Source: Lachnospiraceae bacterium (lineage in GTDB: Bacteria; Bacillota; Clostridia; Lachnospirales; Lachnospiraceae). From it: a stretch of 64,000 nucleotides of DNA. This document shows, in pieces, positions 19,107-29,842 of this stretch. The first letter of the stretch is position 1; each line of letters opens with the position of its first letter. Under the pieces are notes generated by a model. The model saw nothing but the letters and a program-made list of their open reading frames with translations, had not been told where the DNA came from and ran no database searches. The DNA is taken from the NCBI GenBank assembly GCA_021772075.1, contig JAETNQ010000006.1, forward strand, positions 13,380 to 77,379, read 5' to 3'. Both the position numbers and the translations under genes were made by a program.

Positions 19107-20486
19107 ATGGAAGATAAGAAGAAGCTATACCTGTTCGAACAGGCGCCCGTTTCCAAAGCCGTCATATCCATGGCGGTTCCGACAGTGATCAGTTCGTTGG
19201 TTATGGTGATTTATAACTTGGCGGATACCTATTTCGTAGGAATGCTGAACGATCCGGTGGAAAATGCGGCGGTGACGCTTGCCGCGCCGGTTTTGCTGGC
19301 TTTTAATGCGGTCAATAACCTGTTCGGTGTCGGCAGTTCCAGCATGATGAGCCGGGCTTTGGGAAGCAAGAAATATGATATGGTGCGGAAAGTTTCCGCT
19401 TTTGGTTTTTACTGTACGGTATTTTGCAGTCTGGTATTTTCCGTCCTGTGCGCGGTTGGCAAGAATCCGCTGCTGGCTTTGCTTGGAACGGATATGGAGA
19501 CATTTGCGGCCACAGGGGAATATTTGAAGTGGACGGTCTGTTTTGGGGCGGTGCCGGCAATTCTTAATGTGGTAATGGCTTATATGGTGCGTTCGGAGGG
19601 AAGCACCCTGCATGCCAGTATCGGTACGATGAGCGGGTGCTTGCTGAATATAGTGCTGGATCCGTTTTTTATCCTGCCCTGGGGGCTGGATATGGGGGCG
19701 GCGGGAGCGGGGCTTGCCACCTTTCTTTCTAACTGTATTGCATGCCTTTATTTTTTTATACTGTTGTTTATCAAGCGGAAGAACACTTATGTATGTATTA
19801 ACCCGAAGATGTTCCGGCTGAAGAAAGAGATTATCGTGGGCGTATGCGGGGTAGGGATTCCCGCTGCAATCCAGAATCTGCTGAACGTGACAGGCATGAC
19901 AGTGCTGAACAATTTTACTTCTTCCTTTGGAGCGGATGCAGTGGCGGCGATGGGGATTGCCCAGAAGATCAATATGGTTCCCATGAACGTCGCTTTCGGT
20001 TTTTCCCAGGGCATTATGCCCCTGATCAGTTATAGTTATGCCTCCGGCAACCGGAAAAGGATGAAACAGGCGATTCAATTTGCCGCGAAGTATACGGTTT
20101 CCGCTTTGGCGGCGATTGCCCTTTGTTATTATCTTGGCGCTGGGTTCTGGATCCGCTTGTTTATCAGGAATGAGAATATTGTCGCTTATGGGACAAGTTT
20201 TTTGCGGGGGCTGTGTCTGGCGCTGCCGTTCTTTTGCATGGATTTTTTGGCGGTAGGCGTATTCCAGGCGGTGGGAATGGGAAAAAAGGCGTTCTTTTTT
20301 GCCATACTACGGAAGATTATTATGGAAATACCGGCGATCTTTCTTTTGAATAAACTGTTCCCTCTTTATGGGCTGGCATATGCACAGGCGGTAACGGAAG
20401 TGATTTTGGCGATAGCCGCCGTGCTGGTATTGAGAGGGATGCTGCGGGAACCCGGCGCGCCGGATGCCGGGCAGACTGCATCCTAA
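19107..20486 (+). CDS. MATE family efflux transporter
   Basis: IYNLADTYFVG, NIVLDPFFI, GAAGAGLAT, FSQGIMPLISYSYA. Confidence 0.93.
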   Translation: MEDKKKLYLFEQAPVSKAVISMAVPTVISSLVMVIYNLADTYFVGMLNDPVENAAVTLAAPVLLAFNAVNNLFGVGSSSMMSRALGSKKYDMVRKVSAFGFYCTVFCSLVFSVLCAVGKNPLLALLGTDMETFAATGEYLKWTVCFGAVPAILNVVMAYMVRSEGSTLHASIGTMSGCLLNIVLDPFFILPWGLDMGAAGAGLATFLSNCIACLYFFILLFIKRKNTYVCINPKMFRLKKEIIVGVCGVGIPAAIQNLLNVTGMTVLNNFTSSFGADAVAAMGIAQKINMVPMNVAFGFSQGIMPLISYSYASGNRKRMKQAIQFAAKYTVSALAAIALCYYLGAGFWIRLFIRNENIVAYGTSFLRGLCLALPFFCMDFLAVGVFQAVGMGKKAFFFAILRKIIMEIPAIFLLNKLFPLYGLAYAQAVTEVILAIAAVLVLRGMLREPGAPDAGQTAS

Positions 20487-20515
20487 TATGATTCAGGACT
20501 GGGAGGGGCATATCT

Positions 20516-23482
20516 ATGGAAATAGGAGAAGTCTTTCATATACTCGAGACTGCGCCGACGAAAGACGAGGCCGCGATTAAGGACGCTTACCGGAAAAAAC
20601 TTTCCGCTGTAAACCCGGAAGATGACCAGGAAGGATTCAAACGCCTCAGGAAAGCTTATGAAGAAGCTTGTATTTATGCCAGAAGAGAAGAGGGCGGAAG
20701 GGAAGAAGAGGATACGACGCCTTCAGGGGTATGGGCGCGGCGGGCATTTTCCCTGTATGGGCGCCTGAGTTCCAGGTGCGATGAAGAAGCATGGAAGCGC
20801 TTATTTCAGGAAGAGGTTTTTATTTCCCTGGAAGGTTATGAGGAATGCAGGAAAAAACTGCTGGTTTTTCTGATGGGGCATTTTCAATTTCCACAGCGGA
20901 TATGGAAGATTTTTGATAAATATTTGAATATTTTCGAGGACAGAAACCGTTTGAAGGAGGAATTCCCGGAGGATTTCATACAGTTTATAATGCAGAGAAG
21001 CAGGGAGAAGGAAGCGGTCGATTATTCTCTCTTCCAGGGGCCGGACGATGGCGATTATGATTTGTTTCTGAACTGTTACCGGGAGGGGGCTGACGCTTTG
21101 AACCGGCAGGAGTATGAGGGTGCGGAACAGGCGCTGGAAAAGGCGGCGGCTACAGGGATATTCCATCCATATATGGAGATTTTGCGCGCCCTTGCTTATA
21201 AAGGCGGCGGGCGTGATAAAGAGGCCGGGGAGCTGCTGATGGGGCTGCTGGAAAAATATCCGGCCAATGGAGCTGTTTTATTTCATGCATCCAATTATTT
21301 CTGGGAACAAGGACGGAAAGAAGAGGCTTGGGAATGCTGCAGGAAGCTGAAGGAGCTGGAACCTGGAAATTATATGGCGAATTACAGACTTGCCCTTTTT
21401 TATTATGAAAAGGAGGATTACCGGTCAGCCGGGGAATGCATCCGGCAGGTATCCGGCATCTGTACCGAAGAAATGGGGAAGCTGTTAAAGGATATCTATG
21501 CAAAACAGGAACCGGAACTGCAAAAAAGATGGAAAGAAAAAGGGGATTTGGATGCCGCTATGGAGCTGGCAGGAAATTATTACCAGGAGGAGCGTTATTA
21601 TGCGGCCGGCAAGGTGCTGGAAGCCGTGAAGGACAGGATGCCGGAAGAACGGAGGGAGGAGTATCTGCTGCTTCTTGCCAGGACATACCTCGGGCAGGCG
21701 GAAAATGAGAAGGCGGTGAAAACGGTCAGCGGCTGGCAGGAAAGGGAAGGAAAGAAAGGGCGGGATAACCAATATACAGCCATACGGATTAAAATATCGG
21801 CATACCATATGATGGGGCGTGGATTTGCAGAATATTTCAAGAAGGCGGAAGAGGAGTATGGGAAGATCAAGGACAGGTCGGAGGGCGATTCGGAGCTTTT
21901 GATGGAAATGGCGCAGATCTTCCTGGAGAAGAAAGAATTCCGGAAGTGCATCGATCTGTCGGAGATCCTTTTAGACAAGTACCGGATTTATTTTGCATGG
22001 GCGTTTTTGCTGAAGGCTTATGCGGGACTGTGGGACGGCGCAGGGGTGGTGCGCTGCGGCAGGAAGTGCATCGAATATTTTCCGGGATACGCCTATCCCT
22101 ATGAAGAGATGGCGAAAGTGTATTATGACACCGGGCGCGGGGATGAGCTGAAAAGCCTGCTGGAACTGGCAGAAAAAAATAAAATAGAAAGCTGTTATCT
22201 GGATAATTGCGTGTACCATGGGGAGAAGCCGCCGGAAAATTTCCCGATCGACCAAAGACTGAGTGAGTTTGACGATCTCTATTATGTAAAATTATTGATG
22301 ACAGGGAATTTAAAATATTATCGGGAAGGCTATCCGGTGATCAGCCGGTATTTGAAAATGTATCCCTGCAATCTGCTTCTGAACCGAAGAGGGCTTTTCA
22401 GCATGGCGGCAAAGGACGGCAAGGCGGCGATGAAGGACTTCCAGAAGATATTGGAAAGGGATCTGGGGGATGCTTTTGCTTATAATAATATCGGATGCCT
22501 TTATAAATATGCCGGGGAATATGAAAAAGCGATGGTATATTTTAAAAAAGCGGTTTATTATATGTATAGGGAAGGGCGTTCGGAACCGGTGGGAACCCAC
22601 TATACCAATCTGGCTCATACTTATGAACTGATGGGGGAATACCGTCGGGCTGCAGAAGTCTACCGGCGTCTTTATGATGAGTTCCAGAAGAGCGAGACGG
22701 CAATCCAGGGGCTGACGGCGAATTATGCCAGGACAGGCAGGCTGGTGGAAGCGAGGAGCATTATTGAGAACCTTTATGCCGATGATATCCACAAGAAGGA
22801 ACTGTACCTTTACCGGGCGGATTTGTATGCCGGGGAATGGGAGCGTGCTTTTCGGAAAATATACCGGTGGGATATGCAGGTTGAAGTTGGCTTCTGCAAA
22901 GGGGCATTGCCGGAGCATCGGTTGAAGTACAAACATATTCTGGCCTGGAGGCTGTTGTCCAAATGCCATTGGGAAAAAAGCATCAAAATTCTCCGGCAGA
23001 TAGCAGACAGCCCGGGAGGGAGCAGAAAAGACAGGATTGACAGGGTATTGGATCAGATCTTTATTTTTACGATAAAGGAGAAGGAAGCGGAATACCTTCG
23101 GATAGAGATAGGCGAAAGCCTGTGGCAGCTTAAGAAAGTATTGCTATGGGCGCAGGAGAACGGGGAAAAGAAAGAAATAGAAGGAAACCTTATAGAAACG
23201 AGGGATTTTTTCTATAGGGAGCGTTATGTAAAATACATAGATTTTATCCTCGCTTTGTATGAACATGGGGTGGAAAAAGGGGAAGAGGCATGGCGGGAAA
23301 TGGAAAAAAGCCCGAGATGCCGTAAATGCAACCATGCGCTCTGCATGCGTTTAAAAATGGCAGAAGCGATCCTCCTGGAACGGAAGGGAAAAATGCAGGA
23401 GGCGCTGGCCGTCTGGAAGGGACTGGCGGAAAAACAGCCCTATAACTTGTACGCCCGCATAAAGCTTATATATAAAATGTAG
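20516..23482 (+). CDS. J-domain/TPR-repeat protein (DjlB/C-like partner of HscC)
   Basis: N-terminal J-like [31 protein letters not shown] followed by many TPR-like helices. Confidence 0.8.
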   Translation: MEIGEVFHILETAPTKDEAAIKDAYRKKLSAVNPEDDQEGFKRLRKAYEEACIYARREEGGREEEDTTPSGVWARRAFSLYGRLSSRCDEEAWKRLFQEEVFISLEGYEECRKKLLVFLMGHFQFPQRIWKIFDKYLNIFEDRNRLKEEFPEDFIQFIMQRSREKEAVDYSLFQGPDDGDYDLFLNCYREGADALNRQEYEGAEQALEKAAATGIFHPYMEILRALAYKGGGRDKEAGELLMGLLEKYPANGAVLFHASNYFWEQGRKEEAWECCRKLKELEPGNYMANYRLALFYYEKEDYRSAGECIRQVSGICTEEMGKLLKDIYAKQEPELQKRWKEKGDLDAAMELAGNYYQEERYYAAGKVLEAVKDRMPEERREEYLLLLARTYLGQAENEKAVKTVSGWQEREGKKGRDNQYTAIRIKISAYHMMGRGFAEYFKKAEEEYGKIKDRSEGDSELLMEMAQIFLEKKEFRKCIDLSEILLDKYRIYFAWAFLLKAYAGLWDGAGVVRCGRKCIEYFPGYAYPYEEMAKVYYDTGRGDELKSLLELAEKNKIESCYLDNCVYHGEKPPENFPIDQRLSEFDDLYYVKLLMTGNLKYYREGYPVISRYLKMYPCNLLLNRRGLFSMAAKDGKAAMKDFQKILERDLGDAFAYNNIGCLYKYAGEYEKAMVYFKKAVYYMYREGRSEPVGTHYTNLAHTYELMGEYRRAAEVYRRLYDEFQKSETAIQGLTANYARTGRLVEARSIIENLYADDIHKKELYLYRADLYAGEWERAFRKIYRWDMQVEVGFCKGALPEHRLKYKHILAWRLLSKCHWEKSIKILRQIADSPGGSRKDRIDRVLDQIFIFTIKEKEAEYLRIEIGESLWQLKKVLLWAQENGEKKEIEGNLIETRDFFYRERYVKYIDFILALYEHGVEKGEEAWREMEKSPRCRKCNHALCMRLKMAEAILLERKGKMQEALAVWKGLAEKQPYNLYARIKLIYKM

Positions 23483-23501
23483 GAAAGGAAAAGGAATAAA
23501 C

Positions 23502-25181
23502 ATGATAGTTGGTATTGACCTTGGAACCACCAATAGTTTAGTAGCATACTATTCGGAAGAGGGTCCCAGAATCATCCCCAACCGGCTTGGAAAGAATTTG
23601 ACCCCTTCGGTCGTCAGCGTGGACGAAGAGGGAAATGTATATGTGGGGGAAACCGCATTGGAAAGGATGAGCCTGTATCCGGACAGCGTGGCCCTCGCCT
23701 TTAAGAGAAGCATGGGCAGCGGCCGGGAGTACACGTTGAGCGGCAAAAAATATAAGCCCGAGGAATTATCGGGTCTTGTCCTCCGGGCCTTGAAGGAAGA
23801 TGCGGAGACTTATCTGGGAGAAGAAGTGACCGAAGCGGTCATCAGCGTTCCGGCCTATTTTGACGACCAGAGGCGTAAAGCGACGAAACGCGCCGGTGAA
23901 CTGGCCGGGCTGAAGGTGGAACGGATGATTTCGGAACCTACGGCTGCGGCGATCGCCTATGGGCTGTATGAAAAAAAGGAGGATACGAGATTCCTTGTTT
24001 TTGACTTAGGCGGAGGAACTTTCGACGTATCCATCCTGGAACTTTTCCATAATATTCTGGAGGTCAGGGCGGTAGCCGGAGACAATTATCTCGGCGGGGA
24101 GGATTTTACCAGGGTCTTGGAAAAGATATGTATGAATAAGATGGGGATAACGGCGGATGCTTTGTCGGCCAAGGACGAAGTGCGGCTGTACCGGCATGCG
24201 GAAGCGGCCAAGAGGGAAATCAACGATAAGGAAGAAGTAACGGTCGAATGCCTGCTGCAGGAAGAAATGAAGAGCGCGAAAGTGACGGCAAAGGAGTTCG
24301 AAGCGGCCTGCGAGGATCTTCTGCAGAAGATCCGGCAGCCGGTAAAGCGGAGCCTGTCCGATGCAGGCCTGTCCCTTTCGGATATCGATGAGGTGGTATT
24401 GATCGGGGGAGCGACCAGGCTGCAGATTTTCAGGGATTTCTTTATCCGTCTTTTCCGCAAGTTCCCGGATACGAGCATCCATCCCGACGAAGCGGTAGCC
24501 CTGGGGGCGGCAGTACAGGCGGCGATGAAAGAGCGCCGGGAGGAAGTAAGGGAGATGATACTGACGGATGTATGCTCCTTTACGCTGGGAACCGAGGTGG
24601 TGATGGAATATGGCGACGGCATGGTGGAAAACGGGCATTACAGCCCGATCATCGAACGGAATACGGTGATACCGACCAGCAAGACCGACCGCTTTTATAC
24701 GGCCAGGGATAACCAGGATAAGGTGTGCATCCGCATCCTGCAAGGGGAAAGCCGGTTCGCCAGGAATAATCTGTATCTTGGAGAACTGGAGATCGATGTG
24801 CCGAAAGCGAAAAAAGGGGAAGAGGCCGTGGATGTCACCTATACATACGACATTAATTCGCTGCTGGAAGTAGAAGTAAAGGTGGTCTCTACGGGGGAAA
24901 AGAAAAAGATGGTGATCAAAGGAGCGCAGAACACCATGACCGAAGAAGAGATCGCCCGGCGCATGGAGGAACTTTCCTATTTGAAGGTGCAGCTGAGAGA
25001 CCAGGAGGAAAACAGGCTGGCGCTTTTAAAAGCGGAACGCATGTATGAAGAATCGCTGGGAGACAGGCGGAGCAGCCTGGAACACGGTATCCGGAAGTTT
25101 GAAGAAGCCTTGCGCAAAGGGGAACGTGCCGAAGCAGACGAGGCCAGGAAAGAATTGTACAGGATCATGGAAGATGATTGA
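23502..25181 (+). CDS. hscC: Hsp70-family chaperone HscC (Hsc62)
   Basis: [27 protein letters not shown]; short C-terminus; adjacent J/TPR gene. Confidence 0.88.
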   Translation: MIVGIDLGTTNSLVAYYSEEGPRIIPNRLGKNLTPSVVSVDEEGNVYVGETALERMSLYPDSVALAFKRSMGSGREYTLSGKKYKPEELSGLVLRALKEDAETYLGEEVTEAVISVPAYFDDQRRKATKRAGELAGLKVERMISEPTAAAIAYGLYEKKEDTRFLVFDLGGGTFDVSILELFHNILEVRAVAGDNYLGGEDFTRVLEKICMNKMGITADALSAKDEVRLYRHAEAAKREINDKEEVTVECLLQEEMKSAKVTAKEFEAACEDLLQKIRQPVKRSLSDAGLSLSDIDEVVLIGGATRLQIFRDFFIRLFRKFPDTSIHPDEAVALGAAVQAAMKERREEVREMILTDVCSFTLGTEVVMEYGDGMVENGHYSPIIERNTVIPTSKTDRFYTARDNQDKVCIRILQGESRFARNNLYLGELEIDVPKAKKGEEAVDVTYTYDINSLLEVEVKVVSTGEKKKMVIKGAQNTMTEEEIARRMEELSYLKVQLRDQEENRLALLKAERMYEESLGDRRSSLEHGIRKFEEALRKGERAEADEARKELYRIMEDD

Positions 25182-25246
25182 AAATAGATGGAAGACATAA
25201 TAAAAAAGGAAGGAAAGCATAAGTTTCACGCTAGAGGAGGAAGCAA

Positions 25247-26596
25247 ATGGGCAATCGATTGATATGGCAGGACAGGTATAATATAGGGGTAAGTATTATC
25301 GATGAGGAGCATAAGAAACTTTTCAGCATTTTAAACAGATTATTTGACCATAAAAAAAATGAAGAAAAAAGCCAGTGGGTCTGCGAGGAAGGAATCAAAT
25401 ATTTTAAGGATCATGCAATGAAGCATTTTACAGAAGAAGAAGCCTATATGGCCCAAATTCATTATATGGGATTCGATACGCACCGGCGGCTGCATGATGA
25501 TTTCCGGAAGAAAACGCTGCCGACATTAGAGAAGGAACTGAAACGGAGCAATTATTCGGAAGACGCCGTCAATCATTTCCTGGGCGTGTGCGCCGGCTGG
25601 CTGGTCGGGCATACTCTGACAGAGGACCGGGCCATTACGGGAAAGACGATAAGTAAATGGGGGGAGCTTATGCCGGAAGAGGAACAGACTGCGATGGGAC
25701 AGACGGTCATCCAGCTTCTGCACGATATGTTTATGCTGAATGCCAGGGTGGTCAGCGAGTGCTACGGCGGCGAGAAGTTCGGGGCGGGAATCTATTACCG
25801 GCTGGTTTACAGCACCAGAAAGGGAAAAAAGTGGGAAATACTTTTGGTTTTCGAACAAAAGCTGATCGTGAATACGGTGGGGAGCATAATGAATGCGGAG
25901 TCGGATACTGTCAATGTGACGCAGATGAATGCGGTGCGGTATATGGCGCAGCAATTCCTGAACCGTATCAGCGAACATTTTCCTTCGGCTGATATGTATG
26001 AAGTAAAAGAAGAAAATCTGCTGTCCTATGAACAGTTTGAAAAAAAGTTTGCAGAGCATACCCCCCAGTTCAGCCTGCTTTTTGATACAGGGACAGGATA
26101 TTTTGCATATTGCGTGATCGCGCCCCATCTGATGCAGGACGGAAACGGAGTTTCCATTAAAGCGGATAACGCGATGAATGAGATAAAAAAATATCTTGAT
26201 AAGAATAAAAAAGAAGAGAAAAAGAAAATACTGGTAGTAGATGATTCCGATGTCATGCTCCATGCGATGAAAGGGCTGCTGGAAAAGGATTATGAAGTGA
26301 CATTGGTAAAATCCGGGATATCCGCGATTCGTTCTATCACATTGGACAGACCGGATCTGGTTTTGCTGGATTATGAAATGCCGGTCTGCAACGGGAACCA
26401 GGTATTGGAAATGATCCGTGCAGAGGAAGAATTTGCGGATATCCCGGTGGTATTTTTAACCGGAAGGGGAGATAAGGAGAGCGTGAAAAATGTGATCGCG
26501 TTAAAGCCCCAAGGCTATCTGATAAAATCCATGGCGCCCGGGGAAATTAAAAAAAGCGTCGATCAGTTTATCAAGAACCAGGTAAAAGCAAAGTAA
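25247..26596 (+). CDS. Bacteriohemerythrin / CheX-like / receiver domain protein
   Basis: Hr ligands DEEH, HFTEEE, HRRLH, HTLTED; C-terminal REC (VVDDS, LLDYEMP, FLT, KP). Confidence 0.85.
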   Translation: MGNRLIWQDRYNIGVSIIDEEHKKLFSILNRLFDHKKNEEKSQWVCEEGIKYFKDHAMKHFTEEEAYMAQIHYMGFDTHRRLHDDFRKKTLPTLEKELKRSNYSEDAVNHFLGVCAGWLVGHTLTEDRAITGKTISKWGELMPEEEQTAMGQTVIQLLHDMFMLNARVVSECYGGEKFGAGIYYRLVYSTRKGKKWEILLVFEQKLIVNTVGSIMNAESDTVNVTQMNAVRYMAQQFLNRISEHFPSADMYEVKEENLLSYEQFEKKFAEHTPQFSLLFDTGTGYFAYCVIAPHLMQDGNGVSIKADNAMNEIKKYLDKNKKEEKKKILVVDDSDVMLHAMKGLLEKDYEVTLVKSGISAIRSITLDRPDLVLLDYEMPVCNGNQVLEMIRAEEEFADIPVVFLTGRGDKESVKNVIALKPQGYLIKSMAPGEIKKSVDQFIKNQVKAK

Positions 26597-26633
26597 AGCC
26601 CGGTTTTCGATATACGAGGCAGAGGATAAACAG

Positions 26634-27278
26634 ATGCAGTTGATACAAATACTATGGGATAGAAGGGATTTTTTTCTGACTTGCCTCCTGGAGCATATTC
26701 GAATATCGTTAACGGCGGTAGTCTGCGCCGGCATTCTGGGAATACTGATCGGAGTTTTTATCAGCAGGCACAAAAAGGCGGCTGGGGCGGCCTTGGGAGT
26801 GATCAACGTGATTTATACGGTGCCGTCCATTTCCCTTTTGGGATTCTTGATTCCTTTTACCGGCATCGGCGATAAGACGGCAATTATCGCCCTTACGGTT
26901 TACGGGCTGCTGCCCATCGTCAGAAATACCTATACGGGCCTGGCCAATGTGGATGCCGGCATTCTGGAAGTGGCGGAGGGCCTTGGGGCGGACAGAAGGC
27001 AGATATTGTTCGGGATCCGTTTCCCCTTGGCGCTTCCGGTGATCATAAGCGGTTTCCGCAATATGGTAGTCATGATCATCGCGATGGGGGGAATCGCTTC
27101 TTTTATAGGGGCGGGCGGCCTCGGAGCCGCTATTTACAGAGGCATTACCACTTATAATATGTCCCTGACGGCGGCCGGTTCCGTATTGATCGCCTTGCTT
27201 GCTTTGCTGAGCGACTGGCTGCTTTCGCTGGTAGAAAAGGCGGTAAACAGGAGGTACGGCATTGAACAAAGTAATTGA
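26634..27278 (+). CDS. Osmoprotectant ABC transporter permease (OpuCB-like)
   Basis: YTVPSISLLG, LPIVRNTYTGL, EAA-like VAEGLG loop. Confidence 0.9.
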   Translation: MQLIQILWDRRDFFLTCLLEHIRISLTAVVCAGILGILIGVFISRHKKAAGAALGVINVIYTVPSISLLGFLIPFTGIGDKTAIIALTVYGLLPIVRNTYTGLANVDAGILEVAEGLGADRRQILFGIRFPLALPVIISGFRNMVVMIIAMGGIASFIGAGGLGAAIYRGITTYNMSLTAAGSVLIALLALLSDWLLSLVEKAVNRRYGIEQSN

Positions 27279-27987
27279 AATACGGGATTGCTCGGCGGCT
27301 TACGGGGAAAACAAAGTGCTGGACCGCGTATCGCTGGTGGTGGAAAAGGGGGAATTTGTCGTTATGATAGGACCTTCCGGCTGCGGGAAGACGACGCTGC
27401 TGAAAATGATGAACGGCTTGGTGGTTCCGTCGGAGGGAGAAGTGGCGGTGAATGGAGAACGCCTGGAAGAGTGCAATCTTTCCGCTATGCGCAGACGCAT
27501 CGGCTATGCGGTGCAGGGAGCCAGGCTGTTTCCGCATATGACGGTGGAGGACAATATTTGTTACGTTCCCGGACTGGAGAAGAAGATGCTGCCGGAAGAA
27601 AAGAAGATGCTGACAGAAAAGATGATGGAACTGGTCCAGCTTCCCGGAGAACTGAAGAGACGGTTCCCGAGGCAGCTGTCGGGCGGCCAGAAGCAGCGGG
27701 TAGGGATTGCGAGAGCTATGGCGGCTAATCCTGATATATTGTTGATGGACGAGCCTTTCGGCGCGGTAGACGAGATTACGCGCAGAGGTCTGCAGGAAGA
27801 ATTGTCAGCCCTGCAGAAAAAGACGGGAATCACGATCGTATTCATCACGCATGATATCGGGGAAGCCTTTCGCCTGGGAAGCCGTATCCTTGTTATGAAG
27901 GAGGGCGGTATCTGGCAGGAAGGGACGAAAGAGGAGCTGCAAAGAAACCCAAGGGATGAATTTGTAAAAAGGCTGCTTGGCGGATAA
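27262..27987 (+). CDS. Osmoprotectant ABC transporter ATPase (OpuCA-like)
   Basis: GPSGCGKTT, LSGGQKQR, LLMDEPFGAVD; TTG start. Confidence 0.92.
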   Translation: MNKVIEIRDCSAAYGENKVLDRVSLVVEKGEFVVMIGPSGCGKTTLLKMMNGLVVPSEGEVAVNGERLEECNLSAMRRRIGYAVQGARLFPHMTVEDNICYVPGLEKKMLPEEKKMLTEKMMELVQLPGELKRRFPRQLSGGQKQRVGIARAMAANPDILLMDEPFGAVDEITRRGLQEELSALQKKTGITIVFITHDIGEAFRLGSRILVMKEGGIWQEGTKEELQRNPRDEFVKRLLGG

Positions 27988-27990
27988 AGG

Positions 27991-28908
27991 ATGAAAAAAG
28001 GAAAGGATAAAAGGGAAATGAAGAAAAAAGGAATCATATGTCTGGTATTAACGGTAATGCTGCTCGGCGTATGCGGCTGCGGGGAAAAGGGAGCGATAAA
28101 GATTGCGTCCAAGCCTATGACGGAACAGTATATCCTGACTGAGATCATCGCGCAAATGATTGAGGCGGAAACCGATTATGAAGTGGAGATTACAAAGGGA
28201 GTCGGCGGCGGCACGACGAATATCCATCCGGCTCTCGTAAAGGGAGAATTCGATCTTTATCCGGAATATACGAGAACTGCCTGGCTGAACGTGCTGAAAA
28301 AAGAAGAAATGGAGAAGGACGACGATAAATTATATGAACAACTGTTAAAGGAATACGACGAAATGGGCCTTACTTGGACCGGGCTGTACGGATTTTCCAA
28401 TACCTACGGGCTGGCAGTCAGACAGGAGACGGCGGAGCAGTATGGCCTGTCCACCTATTCGGATCTGGCGGCTGCTTCCGGGGAACTTATTTTCGGAGGG
28501 AATCCGGACTATATCGAACTGGAGACCGGATACCCAAGGCTTTGCAGCGCTTACGGCATGGCATTCAAAGATACGAACCAGATGGAGATCGCATTAAAAT
28601 ATGAGGCGTTAAAGAACGGAGAAGTGGATGTAATCAATGCTTTTACGACGGATGCGCAGCTTGCGGCCAACCAGCTTGTGCTGCTGACGGACGACCAGGT
28701 ATTTTTTGAAACCTTTGATGCGGGTACGGTAGTGAGGAAAGACGCGCTGAAAGATTACCCGGAACTGAAGGGAATACTGGAAAAGCTGAACGGGATGATT
28801 TCGGCGGAGGAGATGCAGCGGATGAATTATGCGGTGGAAGTGGAGGGAAAAGAAGATAAAGAAGTAGCCAGGGAGTTTCTGGAAGAAAAAGGGCTGCTTG
28901 GCGATTAA
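27991..28908 (+). CDS. Glycine betaine/choline ABC substrate-binding lipoprotein
   Basis: Lipobox VCGC, ASKPMTEQ, DLYPEYT, NTYGLAV, AFTTDAQ. Confidence 0.9.
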   Translation: MKKGKDKREMKKKGIICLVLTVMLLGVCGCGEKGAIKIASKPMTEQYILTEIIAQMIEAETDYEVEITKGVGGGTTNIHPALVKGEFDLYPEYTRTAWLNVLKKEEMEKDDDKLYEQLLKEYDEMGLTWTGLYGFSNTYGLAVRQETAEQYGLSTYSDLAAASGELIFGGNPDYIELETGYPRLCSAYGMAFKDTNQMEIALKYEALKNGEVDVINAFTTDAQLAANQLVLLTDDQVFFETFDAGTVVRKDALKDYPELKGILEKLNGMISAEEMQRMNYAVEVEGKEDKEVAREFLEEKGLLGD

Positions 28909-29139
28909 AGAGGCGGGAAAATGGAATCAGCGTCGGAGAACTTATCGGAAAGTTCTTCGACGTTTTTTGATTCCCCATTACTTGCAGCAGGGGACGGCCT
29001 GCGGAGCGCAGCAGCGTTTGATTATGGCGTAAAAATACAAAATTGACGTATTTTTGACCAAAATTGGCAAGGGAAAAAGAAAATATATATGATACAATAG
29101 AAAAAAGGATGAAATTGAAAATGGATAGGAAGGATGTAT

Positions 29140-29838
29140 ATGAGAATAGCGGTCTGTGACGACTGTATGGAAGATGCCTTGTCTTTGAAAAGATTTTTGG
29201 GAGGGCATGAGGCCAAGGTATATTCCGATACGGGTAGCTTTCTTGAGGACATAGAAAATAAAAAGATACGGTATGACTTGTATTTGCTGGATATTTATAT
29301 GGAAGGTCCCGTCGGCGGGATTGAACTGGCGGAAAGAATTAGCAGGGAGCAGGAAGAGGCGGCCATTTGCCTTGTTTCTACCAGCAACGATTTCTATAGG
29401 GAAGCCTATGATCTCTATGTGGTTCAATATTTGTTGAAGCCGGTGAAGGAAGCGGCGGTGAAACAGCTTCTTGACAGGGTGTCGAAGCGCCTTGCCAGAA
29501 ACAGGGAAAAGAAACTTTTTTTCCAATCCAGGGGGCAGACAGGAAGCATCCCTTATGGAAAAATACTCTATATCAGCAGCAGGGAACATACGCTTTCTAT
29601 TTACTGCACGGACGGAACAGTACAAGAATGCAAAGGCAGGCTGAACGAGCTGTCCACGCAGGTATGCGGAGATGAATTTATGCGCTGCCATCAGAGTTTT
29701 CTCGTCAATATGTACCATGTGGACAGTTTGAGCGGCACCGATCTGATCGTTGACGGACAACGGATTCCGGTGTCCAGACGTTATTATACAGAGGTGAAAC
29801 AGAGGTATCAGGAGATACTGTTCGAGGAGGTGGACTGA
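29140..29838 (+). CDS. LytTR family response regulator
   Basis: MRIAVCDD, LLDIYM, YLLKP, FMRCHQSFLVN. Confidence 0.93.
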   Translation: MRIAVCDDCMEDALSLKRFLGGHEAKVYSDTGSFLEDIENKKIRYDLYLLDIYMEGPVGGIELAERISREQEEAAICLVSTSNDFYREAYDLYVVQYLLKPVKEAAVKQLLDRVSKRLARNREKKLFFQSRGQTGSIPYGKILYISSREHTLSIYCTDGTVQECKGRLNELSTQVCGDEFMRCHQSFLVNMYHVDSLSGTDLIVDGQRIPVSRRYYTEVKQRYQEILFEEVD

Positions 29839-29842
29839 CAAG

